From: Eledone cirrhosa
Taxonomy: Eukaryota
Reading direction: 5' to 3'
Length of the DNA stretch: 64,000 nt
Assembly (NCBI GenBank): GCA_964016885.1
Contig: OZ024741.1
Location: 204,476,001 to 204,540,000 of the forward strand
The position numbers were made by a program, and so were the translations under genes. The notes under the pieces are model-generated. The model made no database searches. It was given only the letters and a program-made list of their open reading frames with translations, and had not been told where the DNA came from. The first letter of the stretch is position 1; each line of letters begins with the position of its first letter. Below are positions 11,160 through 24,119 of this stretch, piece by piece.

Positions 11160-11790
11160 TCTTCACTATAGTCGTCGTTAATCCTAACTTTTCTGACTGA
11201 TCTCCTATACATGACTTGTACAACCTTCATAAGCAACTCCTCTATTCCTAGTTTTCTAAGACCCCACCAGATACTCGGTCAAAAGCTTTCTCCAGATGAA
11301 CAAATGCCAGGTAGAGCAGCTTACTTTTAGAGGTACTTCTCCTGTAGCTACTTCGTGAGGAAGAGAGTATCTGTGGTACTTTTACATGGCATAAATCTAT
11401 ACCACATCTCATCTAGGTTAACCTGGTGCCTAATCAACTATGTTATAACTCTTTCTGTCACTTTCATGACCTACTCCATCAACTTGATGCTTTTATAGTT
11501 TCCTCTGTCTAGTGCATCTCCTTTACTCTTTCAGCAGTTGACAATGATGCTACTGTACCAGTCATTCGGTATGACACCATTTATTATTACTTGGTTTACA
11601 ATACGAGTGGTTAACAAACTATCCCTGATGGACTGGCTGCTTTCCCTGTCTTCATATTCTTAACTGCCATACTTACTACACTGTTGCTGACTTGTACGGC
11701 TGGGCCCTCTGTTGGGTCCACTTGGGGTAGTCTCTTTCTCCCATGCATTCTCCTCATTCAGTAATCTTTAATAATGGCTCTTCCAAATAA
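11160..11790 (-). mobile_element. Degenerate RTE RT fragment (lineage A-like)
   Basis: Reverse complement aligns by eye to 1405-2050 (EENAWE...DPTEGPA...NCxKxKGDALDRGNY...LEKAFDR) with many lesions. Confidence 0.8.
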
Positions 11791-12534
11791 TAATACTATA
11801 TTAGTAATGGAGCTTCAGCAGGTTTTTCACCATTTTTACTCTTTCTCTTTTTTGTTGAAACGTGTGTCAGACAAAATATCTGAAATTTCTTCATCTTGCT
11901 TTTCTTAAGAAAATTTAAGAAAAATAAACTTATCAGTTCATAACTTCCAGCTATCTCTCTGTCATCAGAAAGTTTTGACAGATGTTTTTAATCATTTGTA
12001 GGTATATTTTCCATTAACAGATGAGAACAGTTTGTTAGAGGTAGTTGATGGGTTAGTTTGTTTTTTTAAGAAGGTTGCTGTTTATGTTATAGAATACTGC
12101 TTAATTTTAGAATTATAGAAACAAGGAACTGTTAGTTTAAAATATTCAGCTCCCTTTATTCCTTTAGTTTCATGATACTGGAAGAGGGAGTGGAAAAGGC
12201 AGATATAAATACTGTATTTAGTTTAATTTATTATATATCTATATCTGAATTAATATCCCACCTACAGTTTGATGATGTAAGTATCAAGTAGCATACTAGA
12301 TCAACTCAATCTATATTATCACAACTACAGACTTTTGGTCTGTCTGACACACAAACATTATGATCTATCAAAAATATTCTGAAATTTTCATTTAAAATTC
12401 ATGAACACAAATGGGTGAAAATGTTCAAAAATGCCTTCTGTCAATAATGTTATCTATCCGTCTTATCTATGTATCCCATCCTCTTTCTATTTATCTTTGT
12501 GTGTGTGTATTTGATATCTATAAGTCTTAAGCCA

Positions 12535-12770
12535 GAAGGCTCATTTGGCCGGTGATTATACCGGTTTCATGGCATGAAGCAACTGAGAGTACAAGTCTCC
12601 CCCCTGAACAGTATGCCAGTCCATTGCAGGGTTAAACCCCCAGCTATTGCCAGTACTCATTTTCAGCTGAAATGAAGTGTTTTGCTCAAGAACACAACAT
12701 GCAACCCGGGAACCGAACCCACAACATTATGATCATAAGTCCAACACCCTTACCACTAGGCCACGTGCCT
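12535..12770 (-). mobile_element. tRNA-derived CORE-like SINE (family 2)
   Basis: On the minus strand: AGGCACGTGGCCTAGTGG (A box), GGTTCGGTTCC (B box), TTCTTGAGCAAAACACTT core. Confidence 0.75.
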
Positions 12771-12778
12771 GCACGCAT

Positions 12779-12842
<64 letters not shown>

Positions 12843-12843
<1 letters not shown>

Positions 12844-13027
12844 ATTGTTTCTACTTTAGGCACAAGGCCAGCAAATACCCAGTGCATTACTAGTACTTTA
12901 TTTTATCGACCCCGTAAGGATGAAAGGCAAAGTCAACCTCGGCGGGATTTGAACTCGGATCGTAAAGGGACGTAACTATGCTGGAAAGCATGGCGTCCGA
13001 CCCTCTAACGATACTGCCAATCCACTG
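12843..13027 (-). mobile_element. SINE family 1 copy
   Basis: Reverse complement of the family 1 consensus, adjacent to (CA)n at 12780-12841. Confidence 0.85.
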
Positions 13028-13780
13028 AATGTGTCTAACCTATGCTAGCGTGGAAGGTGGACGTTAAACAGCGATGATAATGACATGTAATTAAGAATGA
13101 TTTTTCGAAGAGGAAAAGAAGGAAACCACGGTTAAATATGGTATTGTACATTAGTAGAGAAGGTACATTTTTATTTCATATAGAAATGACTCCTACGGGA
13201 CTAGAATTGTTTCATTTGTTTGAATGAAGCATTTCTAGCCCTGTAGATGTCATTTCTATATGAAATATATATAAAATGCAAACATAGCATTGTTAAAGTT
13301 TACCCAGCATATATATTTATTTATATGGATGTATGTGTCTGTGTCCATTTCTTTGTTTGCATTTGTGTCTGCCTGTCTGTTTATGTCCCTAATCTTAGCA
13401 GTTCAACAAAAAGAGATTGATAAACTAAGTACCAGACTTGAAAACAAGTATTGGGGTCGATACAATCGACTAAATCGTGATGATGCCCCAGCATGGCTGC
13501 AATCTACTGACTGAAACAAGTAAAAGTGTAAAAGAGACCCTCTCTGTCAAAAACTGATTATCTATATTTTTTCTCTTTTTTTTTTCTTACTTAGAAAGTA
13601 CTTGACATTTGAGTTTGAATTGTTTTATTTTTCTTAGAAAAATATATCTTTTACTATATATGGTAATAACAACTTGATTTCTTTTCTGTTAATTACATAT
13701 TATATGACTTTTAGTAAATTAGTTGACCTGAGCCCAGTTTTGGTTTTTGTAGTAAAACTTCTGATTATTTGATATTTTCA

Positions 13781-14867
13781 TTTCTCTATATATATAAGAT
13801 TCTTAGTCTGTCTGTCTTTTCCTTATGCATTCTCAAATGGCTTGACCAAATCAAATCAAATTTTACAAGGTAGACCCCGGCATTAACAACATGTAATTTT
13901 TATTAAAACAATATCAAATTTTATCAAACAATATTCTACTATAGTCAACTATAATAAATGGACATTTTATAACACTACAACAACGACGATGTCACATTTT
14001 GTATATGAGTGTATGTGTTTGTGTGTGTGTTTATGTGTCCGTTATGTATGTTATACCTTAGTAAGTTACATACACATACATCTTCACGTAAATATTTAAT
14101 CAGATAGGCAGAAAATTAAACACACACATCTACACATGATGACTGACAAGTATATGTGTGTGAGTGTACGTGTGTGCGAGTATACATATATTTCTGTGAC
14201 AACTGACATAATGAAACCATGGGTGAAACTGTGTGTGTTTGTATGAATGTATGTTTGTGTGAGTGTATGTGTGCCTGTTCGTTTATATTTATATTCTCAT
14301 ACCATTGAATTAGCAGTTAATACATTTGCTTATATTTGGTTAATTTACACTGTATACAAAAATAATAATTATTATATATTTTTTTTGGATGTTGATACTT
14401 ATTTGTTTACAATATTGAAACAAACATTTTTTTTTCTAAAAATTCCTTTCATACCTACAGCTGTTTCATTTGAATTTAAGAGGCTTCAGTTTCCAGTCAA
14501 ACTAAGTTTTGTTATTTCAATTAACAAATCTCGGAGTCAATCCTTCAAGGTTGTTGGACTTGATCTCTCTACTACATATTTCTCCCACGGTCAACTCTAT
14601 GTTGATTGCTCACGAGTTGGAAGCAGCAAAAATTTATTCATTTGGACACCAACAAAAAATTACACAATGAATATTGTTTACCCTGAGGTGTTTCAAGATC
14701 GACAGATTTTCATTTCTAAATTCTATTATTACACTTTTGATATTTTTTTTATAAAATATAGATATTTTGAAATAATTATGAGAAAAAAATATATATCTTC
14801 ATATTTATTGTTTACTAATCTGAATAAGAACAGCAGTAACCCGAGCAACAACGGGTCATTCAGCTAG
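13781..14867 (+). mobile_element. Helitron remnant carrying a PIF1-type helicase C-terminal fragment
   Basis: IPFIPTAVSFEFKRLQFPVKLSFVISINKSRSQSFKVVGLDL..FSHGQLYVDCSRV (Helitron RepHel helicase motifs V/VI). 3' hairpin CCCG..CGGG then CTAG|T. The 5' end matches the mini-copy at 34769-34969. Confidence 0.9.
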
Positions 14868-14967
14868 TATTTTATATTTAGGTTGAAATAATTTACACCT
14901 CTCACGTGCCATGTCTTCATACGTCCCCCCCCCCCCATATGTATTTTGTAGCTTAATGACACTTTCT

Positions 14968-15277
14968 GATGAAGTGCAGTTAACAAACACATACATATAT
15001 ATCATTATCATCATAATTGTTTCTACTTTAGGCACAAGGCCAGAAATTACCCAGTGCATTATTGGTACTTTATTTTATCGACCCCATAAGGATGAAAGGC
15101 AAAGTCAACCTCGGCGGGATTTGAACTCAGCCGAGGTTGACTTTGCCTTTCATCCTTACGAGGTCGATAAAATAAAGTACCAGTAATGCACTGGGTAATT
15201 GCTGGCCTTGTGCCTAAAGTATAAACAATTATGATGATAATGATATATATGTATGTGTTTGTTAACTGCGCTTCGTC
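14968..15277. repeat. Fold-back palindrome made of a SINE family 1 3' half plus flanking DNA
   Basis: ~145-bp arms are reverse complements of each other, centred at ~15115-15130. Confidence 0.9.
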
Positions 15278-15694
15278 TTTTCTATATGCTATTGCCAGGA
15301 ATGTAGCCACGAGTGAATCTGAAAACCTAGTTTTTGGTGAGGTGATAATGATTTCATATTTTTAGATGGAGTAGTAGTTTATTTATCTCTTTGATGAAAC
15401 CTACATGTAATTCTATGATATAAGCCTCTCATTTTAAGTTGTTTATATTTATCTAAAAACATTTCGTAATTATATGTAAAAACTTTTGGTAAATTATGTT
15501 CTAAATACCAACTTGATAATGTCAAAGTTAGTTATTTCACTTAATCCCTCAAAATTCTGAGTTATTAAAAAAGGGATTTAAAATGTGACCTAAATTACAT
15601 CTGCTCCTGCCAGAAATTAAATAACTTTGATTTGTTTGTTGTACTTAATTTAGTTCCTGCAATTTTTAATTTTTTTAATTTTCCACATCTATCT

Positions 15695-16764
15695 CATCAT
15701 CATCATCATCGGGTTTAGCGTCCGTGTTCCACGCTTGCATGGGTTTGGACGGGAGTTTTCCCACTTGAGGCAAGAGTGGTTGTCTTGCTCGCATAGGACT
15801 GTCTGGCGGGTTTTCTACAGCTGGATGCCCTTCCTAACACCAACCACATTTACAGTGTGGGACTGGGAGGTTTTTACCGTGTTGCCTACACGGCCACATT
15901 ACAGCGTGGACTGTGTGTTTTTTGTCGTGACCCCTACACGATCTCATTTGTTTCGGCCTGGACGTTGTGGCACCAACATAACTTTACATTGAAAGGGGCG
16001 GTGTGGATGGGGTGGGGGTGGTGGGACGGGGGTGTATTTTGTTAGAGATGCCTACTGACTAGTAGGTTTTACTTTGTATTTTGGTAAGGCGGGTCTTCTC
16101 TATTACTGAGTACTGCCAAAGGTCTCAGTCCAGTGACATTGTCTTGGAGAGGTGTAAGTGTGTGAGGTCGGAATTTATCAGCTCGTCCCAGGTTTTTCTG
16201 GGTCTGCCTACTCCGTGGCTACCATCTATCTTTATTGCCCTGCACTTTGTTATACAGCTGTTGTTTTTCATGCGCATCACGTGACCATACCAACGTAGCC
16301 TTCTCTCGAGTAAACAACATCTGATCCCTCTTATTTCTAATTTTTTCCTTAGTTCGTTTATACTTTGCCGTTCACGTATATTACTATTACACATCCAGCG
16401 GAGCATGCAAGCTTCGTTCCTCTCTAGTCTGCGTATATCCTCTGCACACAATGCCCAGGTCTCACTGCCATGCAACATTGCTGTTCGTATGCAGGCATCA
16501 TATAACCTGCCTTTCATTTTTAGGGAGAACCCTTTAGCGGCTAATAGTGGTATAAGCTCTCTGAACTTTTTCCATCCAGTTCTGACTCTAGCTACTGTAC
16601 ATTCAGAGCACCCTCCCCCACTGCTGATTTTGTCACCCAGGTAACGGAAGCTGTCCACTATTTCTATAGAACCCTCTGCGCAATTGAAAGAGCTAGTATT
16701 TTGTAGGCACTTGCTGCTACTTATTGCACCAGAGCACCGGCCACATGTAAAATCTGTGTTCTTA
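15695..16764 (-). mobile_element. RTE lineage C (A-related) 3' portion, cut by a Helitron
   Basis: ORF part FTCGRC..FRYLGD..LHGSETW..RLRWYGHV..GRPRKTW. (CAT)n tail at 15695-15710. A short copy of its 3' end lies at 43262-43415. Confidence 0.9.
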
Positions 16765-18091
16765 TCTATATATATAAAACAGAGGATGTGTGTCTGTTTG
16801 TCTGTCTGTAAATCCCTAAAACTCGAAGTACCCGACCGATTTTTTTTCAAACTTTACACATGCGTTACTTATATTTCTTGAAGTGCAATAGGCTAAAAAA
16901 AATTTAACTTTTTCTGCCCGAGGCGAAAAACCGCATTTTAAAGGTATTTTTAGGCTTTTTTGAGGCATGACATAAAGATAATCCAGCCACTTTCCTCGAA
17001 ATTTGTAGCACACATTAGTTAGTCCCCTCACATTGCTGTGGAAAAAATAAATTTACGAATTAGCATTGGGCATTACATGCCATTTTCATTTTCAATATAA
17101 ACACTACTTCATAAGTAGCGTATAATATTTCGTTTAAAATTTGGTTTATTTAACAGAGGACACAACATTTACTTACTTTTAAGCAGGACCATTTTTGGGG
17201 CATTGAGAAAATGAAGAGGACCTTAAAATTTTTGTCGGCACCCTGTTGACGCTTCGTGCTTTCATCACACGCAGATCCGGGACCTGTGTACTTGCCGTGT
17301 TATTGACACCGTAAAACTCACATCTGTGCTACTTCTACTAAGACCCCTTTTGTTGCACCTACACTGCAGTATGAATGCCCTGCGCAAGTATGCCGAACAG
17401 CAGTTGTGCTAATTCCGCGGTGATCCCTTTTGTCGCACCTTTGTTGTTGTGTAAACGCAGTGCAACCAGTGCTAATTGCACTATGACCCCCTTCTGCTGC
17501 AGCTGCGTTGCCACGCTGATTTCGTCATCTCAATATCCCTACTTAAACGTACATCCCTACTTGATTTTGTGATGGTGACCCCAATAGTAACTCCGAAGTG
17601 TTCGGTGTCTGATATAACAGTTCGGTCTATATCAGATTGGGTAGATTTACGAAGAGCTATGGTCTCCTCTGGGGAAGGCCCAACATGCTGTGTGGTTACA
17701 TGACATGTCTTACTCAAGCATTGCAGGCTTTACTCTGTACAGTATGCATGCATGTGCAATAGACATAACTGATGATGTCTGTCTGGATGACTGGGTGCGA
17801 ATCTATAAAACTCGAAAAGTACCTAACCGATTTTCTCAAAATGGATGAAAAATTATACTCTAAGATTTAGTACGCTTAAAGAGTATCCAGCTGATTTTCG
17901 TCAAATTTTGGACATGCGTGCAGGTGTTTCATGATTCAGGCCTGCTGGTGTTCTACGTTTCCAGTAGATGAACAATCATTCCCTGAGAATAAGGGAATTC
18001 AAAACGTACACAGCTACACTGCTCAATCTTTGCATATGGGTGTTGCTATTTCACGTTTCCTACCCCGTGCAACGCCGGGTCCTGCTGCTAG
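16765..18091 (+). mobile_element. Non-autonomous Helitron with captured GC-richer sequence
   Basis: A|TCTATATATATAAA..(GTCT)n 5' end. 3' hairpin CCCG TGCAACGC CGGG then CTAG|T. An internal second 5'-end-like block lies at ~17777-17840. Confidence 0.8.
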
Positions 18092-18935
18092 TATAATATA
18101 AATGAAAGATGTTTGTTGGTTGGTTGGTTGAATCACACGGAAACCACACACACACGCACACACACACACACACATCTAAAGAGAGAGAGACACAGAGGGA
18201 GAGTCGGAGAGAGATAGGCCATTATACAGAGAGAGATACAATTATAGTGTTTGATATTCAGAGAGAGAGAGCGACACCTCACAAATGCATTAGTTGAAGG
18301 TTTAACAATATTGTGTTAGCTTTTTATAAAGTCGTTTTACAGAACAAAGAAAAACTGATACTATTTGAAATTAATCTACCCTTCAGCTTTTATCCATATA
18401 CTACTTACAGACCGTACTAACGAAGCAACACTTCAGAAGCAATGTTATGTGATATATTGCTGTGTTTCAGATGACGTCCTTTGGAGCTGAAAAAGATCAT
18501 ACTGACTATGGTTATTTCACAATATTTAGGGCGGTGGATTGGCAGTATCAGTAGAGTCGGACGCCATGCTTTCCAGCATAGTTACGTCCCTTTACGGTCT
18601 GAGTTCAAATCCTGCCGAGGTTAACTTTGCCTTTCATCCTTAAGGGGTCGATAAAATAAAGTACCAGTAATGTACTGGGTAATTGCTGGCCTTGTGCCAA
18701 AAGTAGAAACAGTTATTTCACAATATTTAAAATCCAAGGCCAATGTTACCATTTAATCGGCAGTTTACACCCCAACTTATTAAGGAAGTTTTATGATTGG
18801 TTTTTTTTTTATGTCTCTCTCTCTCACACATCATGGTCTCACCTCACATCAGACAACACATCCAATACAGTCATTTTCTCTTTTATCCCTCTTCTCTTAA
18901 CTGTTCTCTTGGGTGAAGCCAGGTACCTCAGCTAG
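18092..18935 (+). mobile_element. Probable second Helitron in tandem, containing a SINE family 1 copy (18527-18715)
   Basis: Starts TATAATATAAATGAAAG..(GTTG)n directly after the first CTAG and ends ..GCCAGGTACCTCAGCTAG|T. Confidence 0.5.
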
Positions 18936-21900
18936 TATTTATATATATTACTTACTGACCTTCCTTCAGCTATGTATATATATCACAAATTGTGGTTAGT
19001 TAGACTTCTGGTCCTTTGATCTAGCTATTGGTATTCTCTCTCTACTCATGTTAACTATGGTTAGTTAGACCTCTGCTTCTCTAGCTGTTGATATACTATT
19101 TCCTGGCATTAATAATGACTAACTAGACATCTGCTCCTTTGATCTAGCTATTGGTATACACTCTCCACTTGTTAATTCATCTTACTCACCTTGCCTTTCC
19201 TATCACCCTTTCTGCATCTCTCTCTCCAGAATTTGCTCTAAATACTTTGTCCAGTACTACTTTATTTGAATTGTAACCTTCTGTAATTCTCTTCATGCCC
19301 ACAGTTTTCCTACAAACCACCAAACTATAGACTGTAATACTCTGTCACAGGTCTTTACCGGGTGAACAAATACTAAGTGTAGTGAATTGTTTTTAACTAA
19401 GAACTTCTGTAGTTTTTTTTCACTTTGAAGGAGGCATCAGATTTAGCCTGTTCTGACACAAATTAAAACTGCATGTCATCTAAGCTTATTCTCTTCCTAA
19501 TCAGCCAACCAATTTGATGTCTCTGTAGTTGCTTCTTCCTAGAATTTCTAGAGCATTTCTCTTGCCATTGTATTGGTTTATGATGATACTGCTATGACAG
19601 TCATTAGGTATGAAGTAACAGCTAGTAAGTTCATTAAAGCTTACTCTAGTTTTGCTGGGATCTATTTTTTAATACTTTTTAGCATTTAAAATTCTGACAT
19701 CATTTGAGAGCTAGATGGCCCAGATATGATATTCTTTCTTTCACTCTGAGAATTATTATTCTCATAGTTTAAGAGAAGCCATTGAAAAATCTACAGATTA
19801 TTTATTTTTATAACCTAGAAGACATTGTTGTAGAGGTTGCGTGGAGGGTAGCTTTGATTAGACAGTAGTCAAACCACTAATAAAAACAAACAAGGAATGT
19901 TGTGTAAAGGTTGTTGTGCTTTAGCGCCAGGTCAACATTAACTAAGCAGACCTATGATCAAAGTTATTAAACTCTATTGCAGCATTATCACTATAATTAA
20001 GATGTAAAACAATCTGTACTGAAAACCTTTTCAAATATTAATAAAATACTCTTACCAGTTATCCACCCTGTTATCTTTTACTTTCATCTATTATTACAAT
20101 GAATGACTTTTATGAGCCAATGAGGAAACACATACATAGTTGCTTGACCTGCTGTAAATAGTAACATCTCTTTCATATCAGGCTCTATTATCTTTATAAA
20201 AATGAAGGACACATTCAAAAATGTAGTTTCAGATATATTATGGCTAAAAAAAGATTGAAGTGTCATGGCTGCTTAATCCGAGTAGAACTGAAGCTAAACA
20301 ACAATAACCTTTGTTTTGGTTCTTTTAAACTACCAATAGAAAAGGCAATGAGTTAATTTTAGTAGAACTATTTTTTGTCTGGAATATATACATATATATT
20401 AAATTTATCAGAATACATCAACTTTTTGTCTTGAGGGACCTTTGCTGGAAATAATTATAAAATGTATAGAAGTAGTTGTAAATTCAACAAATATCATGTT
20501 TTAGTATTTAATATTAATATTTTGATTTCATCCCAAAATTGTACCAAAAATTGAAAAATTAATCGAGTGGGGTGGTGAATATTTCTAAAGTAATTCTAGA
20601 AGTATTAGATAATTTTCAAATTCTTATCCAATATTTTTACCTGCTTCTTGCTGGCCTAATTAATGCCCTTGATTCTTATTATTTTTAACAGTTCAAAATT
20701 TGGCACTGTAGATTCTTTCCACCCACAGAAAACTACAAGCAGCTTACTATGTCTAGTTTAGCCCAACTTCATGGTGATACATGTGATGCCTTTATGATCC
20801 TTCCACACTAGGAAATTGGAAAAGCTTCGTTAAAATATTATATAACTAATACTTTGATTAATTTTTTAAATGGCTCAACTAAGCAACTATTTGATATTAA
20901 CCCCTTTAACACCTTTTTACCATTCAGAATATTCATTGTATAAGTTATATTGATTTGTTCATATTGAAATGTTAAAATGAAATAATAAAACAAAGAAAAT
21001 CACAACTTCTTGTGTAATTTGGAAATCAATAGGAAATCAATACAGCCAGGTATGGACTGCTTAAAAAGGATAACTCATTTTTTATGTGGGCTGAATATTA
21101 ATCATAGGTACTGTCTTTCATAAGAAAATATAATGAAAGGGTTTTAAGCACTGGCTATATTATCCTTTATTTTCGTTAGAATGGCTTTTTGATGTAATTT
21201 TTCTTTTAGATTGCTTACAATATATATCTTTTATATAGACTTTAAGATAATCTTTAGAAAGTTCTGTAATCTGTGAAATGTGGTCACAATTCATAGAGAT
21301 TCTATAACTACCGATAGAAACTATAAAAATGGTTCATTGAATATACTTGAAAACAAGCTTATTGGAAGGTACAAGCTGGGAGTAATTTTTGAAATCGGAG
21401 GACTGATTAATGTTTCCGGAAGATTGAAATTGGTATGATTCATTAGTTATCTTATGTAAATAGTGAAGGTACATGGCATAGCAGTTAGAGTTTGGGCTCA
21501 CAATTGGACGATATAGTCATAAATATACAAAATGACAAGATAGTAATGGCTGGAACACCTTTGGTTGTAAGTATATGACTACACAAATTGGGGCTGATCT
21601 GAAAAAGGTCCTACCTTTAAATTCTTTAGACCGAAGAAACAGATATACTCTGATCAATGACAAAATAGAATTCTTCATAATTTTATAAGCTTTAGTCTTA
21701 TAAGTTTCAGTCCATGATTAAATTATCAAGTATTAATGTAGGCCTTGTTTCTAAAATGTGAAACATTTTGAGAGAAAAGGGGCCCACATTCTCACAATTT
21801 CAAACATACACAAACACTATTTATAAAAAGGTATAATTATACTATTACTCGTTTTTCTTTGCCAAGGAATATATTGTCATCTACATTTCTGTCTAGTTAA

Positions 21901-22829
21901 CTACTATATAAATAAGCTCCCTTCCTCACAAAGAATGCTATTAATACATACTTCCTCACTATTTCTATCTATTTCACATTTTATGCACTGTTTGTAACTA
22001 TCAGACTTCTTAACATATGGCTTGTATTTTTCATAAAACAATGCTCAGCTATACATTATAATGTTCTGCATTATAAGTTAAAGCTGAGATAAAAATACAT
22101 GTATACACACATTCATTATATTTATAAATGTTCTGATTACGATATTCAAAAAATATATCAATGATTAAATATAATGCTGGTTGAGAAAATCCATAGCAAT
22201 ATGCTCTCACTCTAGTGATAATTATAATGTACTTGTAACTAACCATAAAATCTATATCTTTACAGCATAGACAGGGAAGTTAACAATTACTGTATATACT
22301 CAAATACCAGCCGACTCCCTCCTCCCTGTTTTATGTCTGAGAAATAGACAAAAGTCCAAACATCTTTTATAAGCCAAGGCAGCTAATAAACACATTATGG
22401 CACGATTTTGAAATTCCCATGATTGGAAAAAATATGAAGTTTTAATATTTTAATATTTAAAATGTTTTAAGTGTCATTTAGGGTATAGTTTTTGTTTCAT
22501 AAATCAACTATGTAATGACCTTTTTTACATTTTATAAAGGAAGAGATTGAGGAGAGGCAGAGGGGGAGAGAGAGAACGAAACAAAACAATTGAAAGAAAA
22601 AGTATAATTAAAAACAGTTGCCAAATGTGTATGCATGTGCATGCATGTATTAAAAAGTTCAAATAATAAAAATTTGTTGGGAATGTTCTCAAGGCAATAT
22701 ATAGATAAAACTCATGATAAAGTAAATGTAGAAAAATAGTGTTTTATTGCAAAATAATCACTCTACATATTTCATTTACGTAGAATTTGAAGTTGGGAAA
22801 TCATCAAAATATTGACCCCCGAATATAAC

Positions 22830-23056
22830 CTGACCTGTGTCATCACCTTTGAGGGGTGCAGTTGTGTAAGGTCGGCTTTTATCACCTCATCCCAGGTTTT
22901 TGGGGGTCTCCCTACTCCAAGGCTTCCATTGACTTCTAGTGCTCTGCACCTTTTTATGCAGCTGTCATCCTTCATACGCATCACACATCCATACCAACGC
23001 AACCTCCTCTCCTGCCCACAGCATTTGATTCCTCTTATGCTCATTCTGTCTCTCAA
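22830..23056 (-). mobile_element. RTE lineage A-like C-terminal fragment
   Basis: SIRGIKCCGQERRLRWYG..KDDSCIKRCRALEV..GRPPKTWDEVIKADL. Confidence 0.85.
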
Positions 23057-23893
23057 TGTAAATGCTAAAGGGTTAAAGGATAATTTATGATCAGTAGCAG
23101 TTCTAATGAACTTACTTTGTTAAATAATTAACATTTGACAAAAAATAATTTTCTTTTCAAGATGTATAGTTATCGTTTAACCCTTTTGATACAAAACTGC
23201 CTGAAACCACCTCTTGCTCTACAATAAAATACTTAAGCTATTTATTTTATCTAAAAACCTTTCATCATAATTTTATATAAGAACTTTTCTTGAGTTATGG
23301 AGAAAATTAATCATTATCAAATCCATCCAAATCCTTAATTCTATTCAAACATTTGAAAATCATAGGCAGTGTATTTCATTAGAAATATGGTCACGAAAGA
23401 GTTAAACCCATGTCAGCACTGATCAAATATATCTGTGTGCCAGCTATAACTATCTTTTTTTGTTTTTTTTTTTTGTTTTTCATTTGAAGATGTTTTTGTT
23501 ATTTCTAGAACTAGGATTTGTTTTCAACACGCTAACGCGTGTATGAGTATATGAATATAAAGGCGCAAACATAGACACACTTACAAAAATACACACTCAC
23601 AGACATACATTCATACAAACACACATACATTCATACAAACACACATACATTCATACAAACACACATACATTCACACAAACACATACACATACATTTACAC
23701 AAACACACATACACTCACACACAGCATAGCAAATGGAACGCCTGCCACTGTTTTGCTATAGTTTTTTTCACCATCCCCTTCCTTCCTTTTACACATACAT
23801 ACATTCACACAAACACACACACACATTGTGTAATGGACGGAAGTTGTTCAAATGCTTATATAGATATCACTTTCCTGTTGATATATAGTAATT

Positions 23894-24119
23894 TAACCCT
23901 TTCATTATCATATTTCTAATAAAATACACATTATTTGAATTAATTAATGAAGAATTTGGAGGAATTTACTAAAATTATTATTTCATTAAGATGGTATTTC
24001 TAATGTTACTTAACAAAGGCAAAAATATATTTTGGAGGGTTTTGACTTAAATAGGAACCCTTTAAAATGGTTTCATAGAAACAAAGGAAGTTTGGGCAGG
24101 TTGGTATTAAGAGGATTAA
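23894..24119. mobile_element. Older TTAA-CCCTTT MITE family (related copies ~23177-23405, 25107-25716, 32374-32653, 34406-34657, 44793-45024, 47900-48195)
   Basis: Degenerate TTAACCCTTT..ATATTTCTAAT and ..GGTATCAAAAGGGTTAA termini recur through the window. Confidence 0.6.

Noticed and set aside
11925-11975. Minus-strand CTGATGA-CAG..CTG-GAAG hammerhead-like motif
   Set aside because: GAAA box altered, with no convincing stem III, NUH site or stem I.
14247-14867. 206-aa ORF as a host PIF1 helicase gene
   Set aside because: Only a degenerate C-terminal fragment within Helitron termini; the N-terminus is microsatellite-derived.
17326-17503. Repeat-spacer pattern reminiscent of a CRISPR array
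   Set aside because: Only three poorly conserved repeats, unequal spacers, eukaryotic Helitron context and no cas genes.
18990-19170. Three ~60-bp tandem repeats; also short arrays at 23600-23720, 27400-27560, 32400-32472 and 63775-63900
   Set aside because: Ordinary decayed local tandem duplications with no further structure seen.
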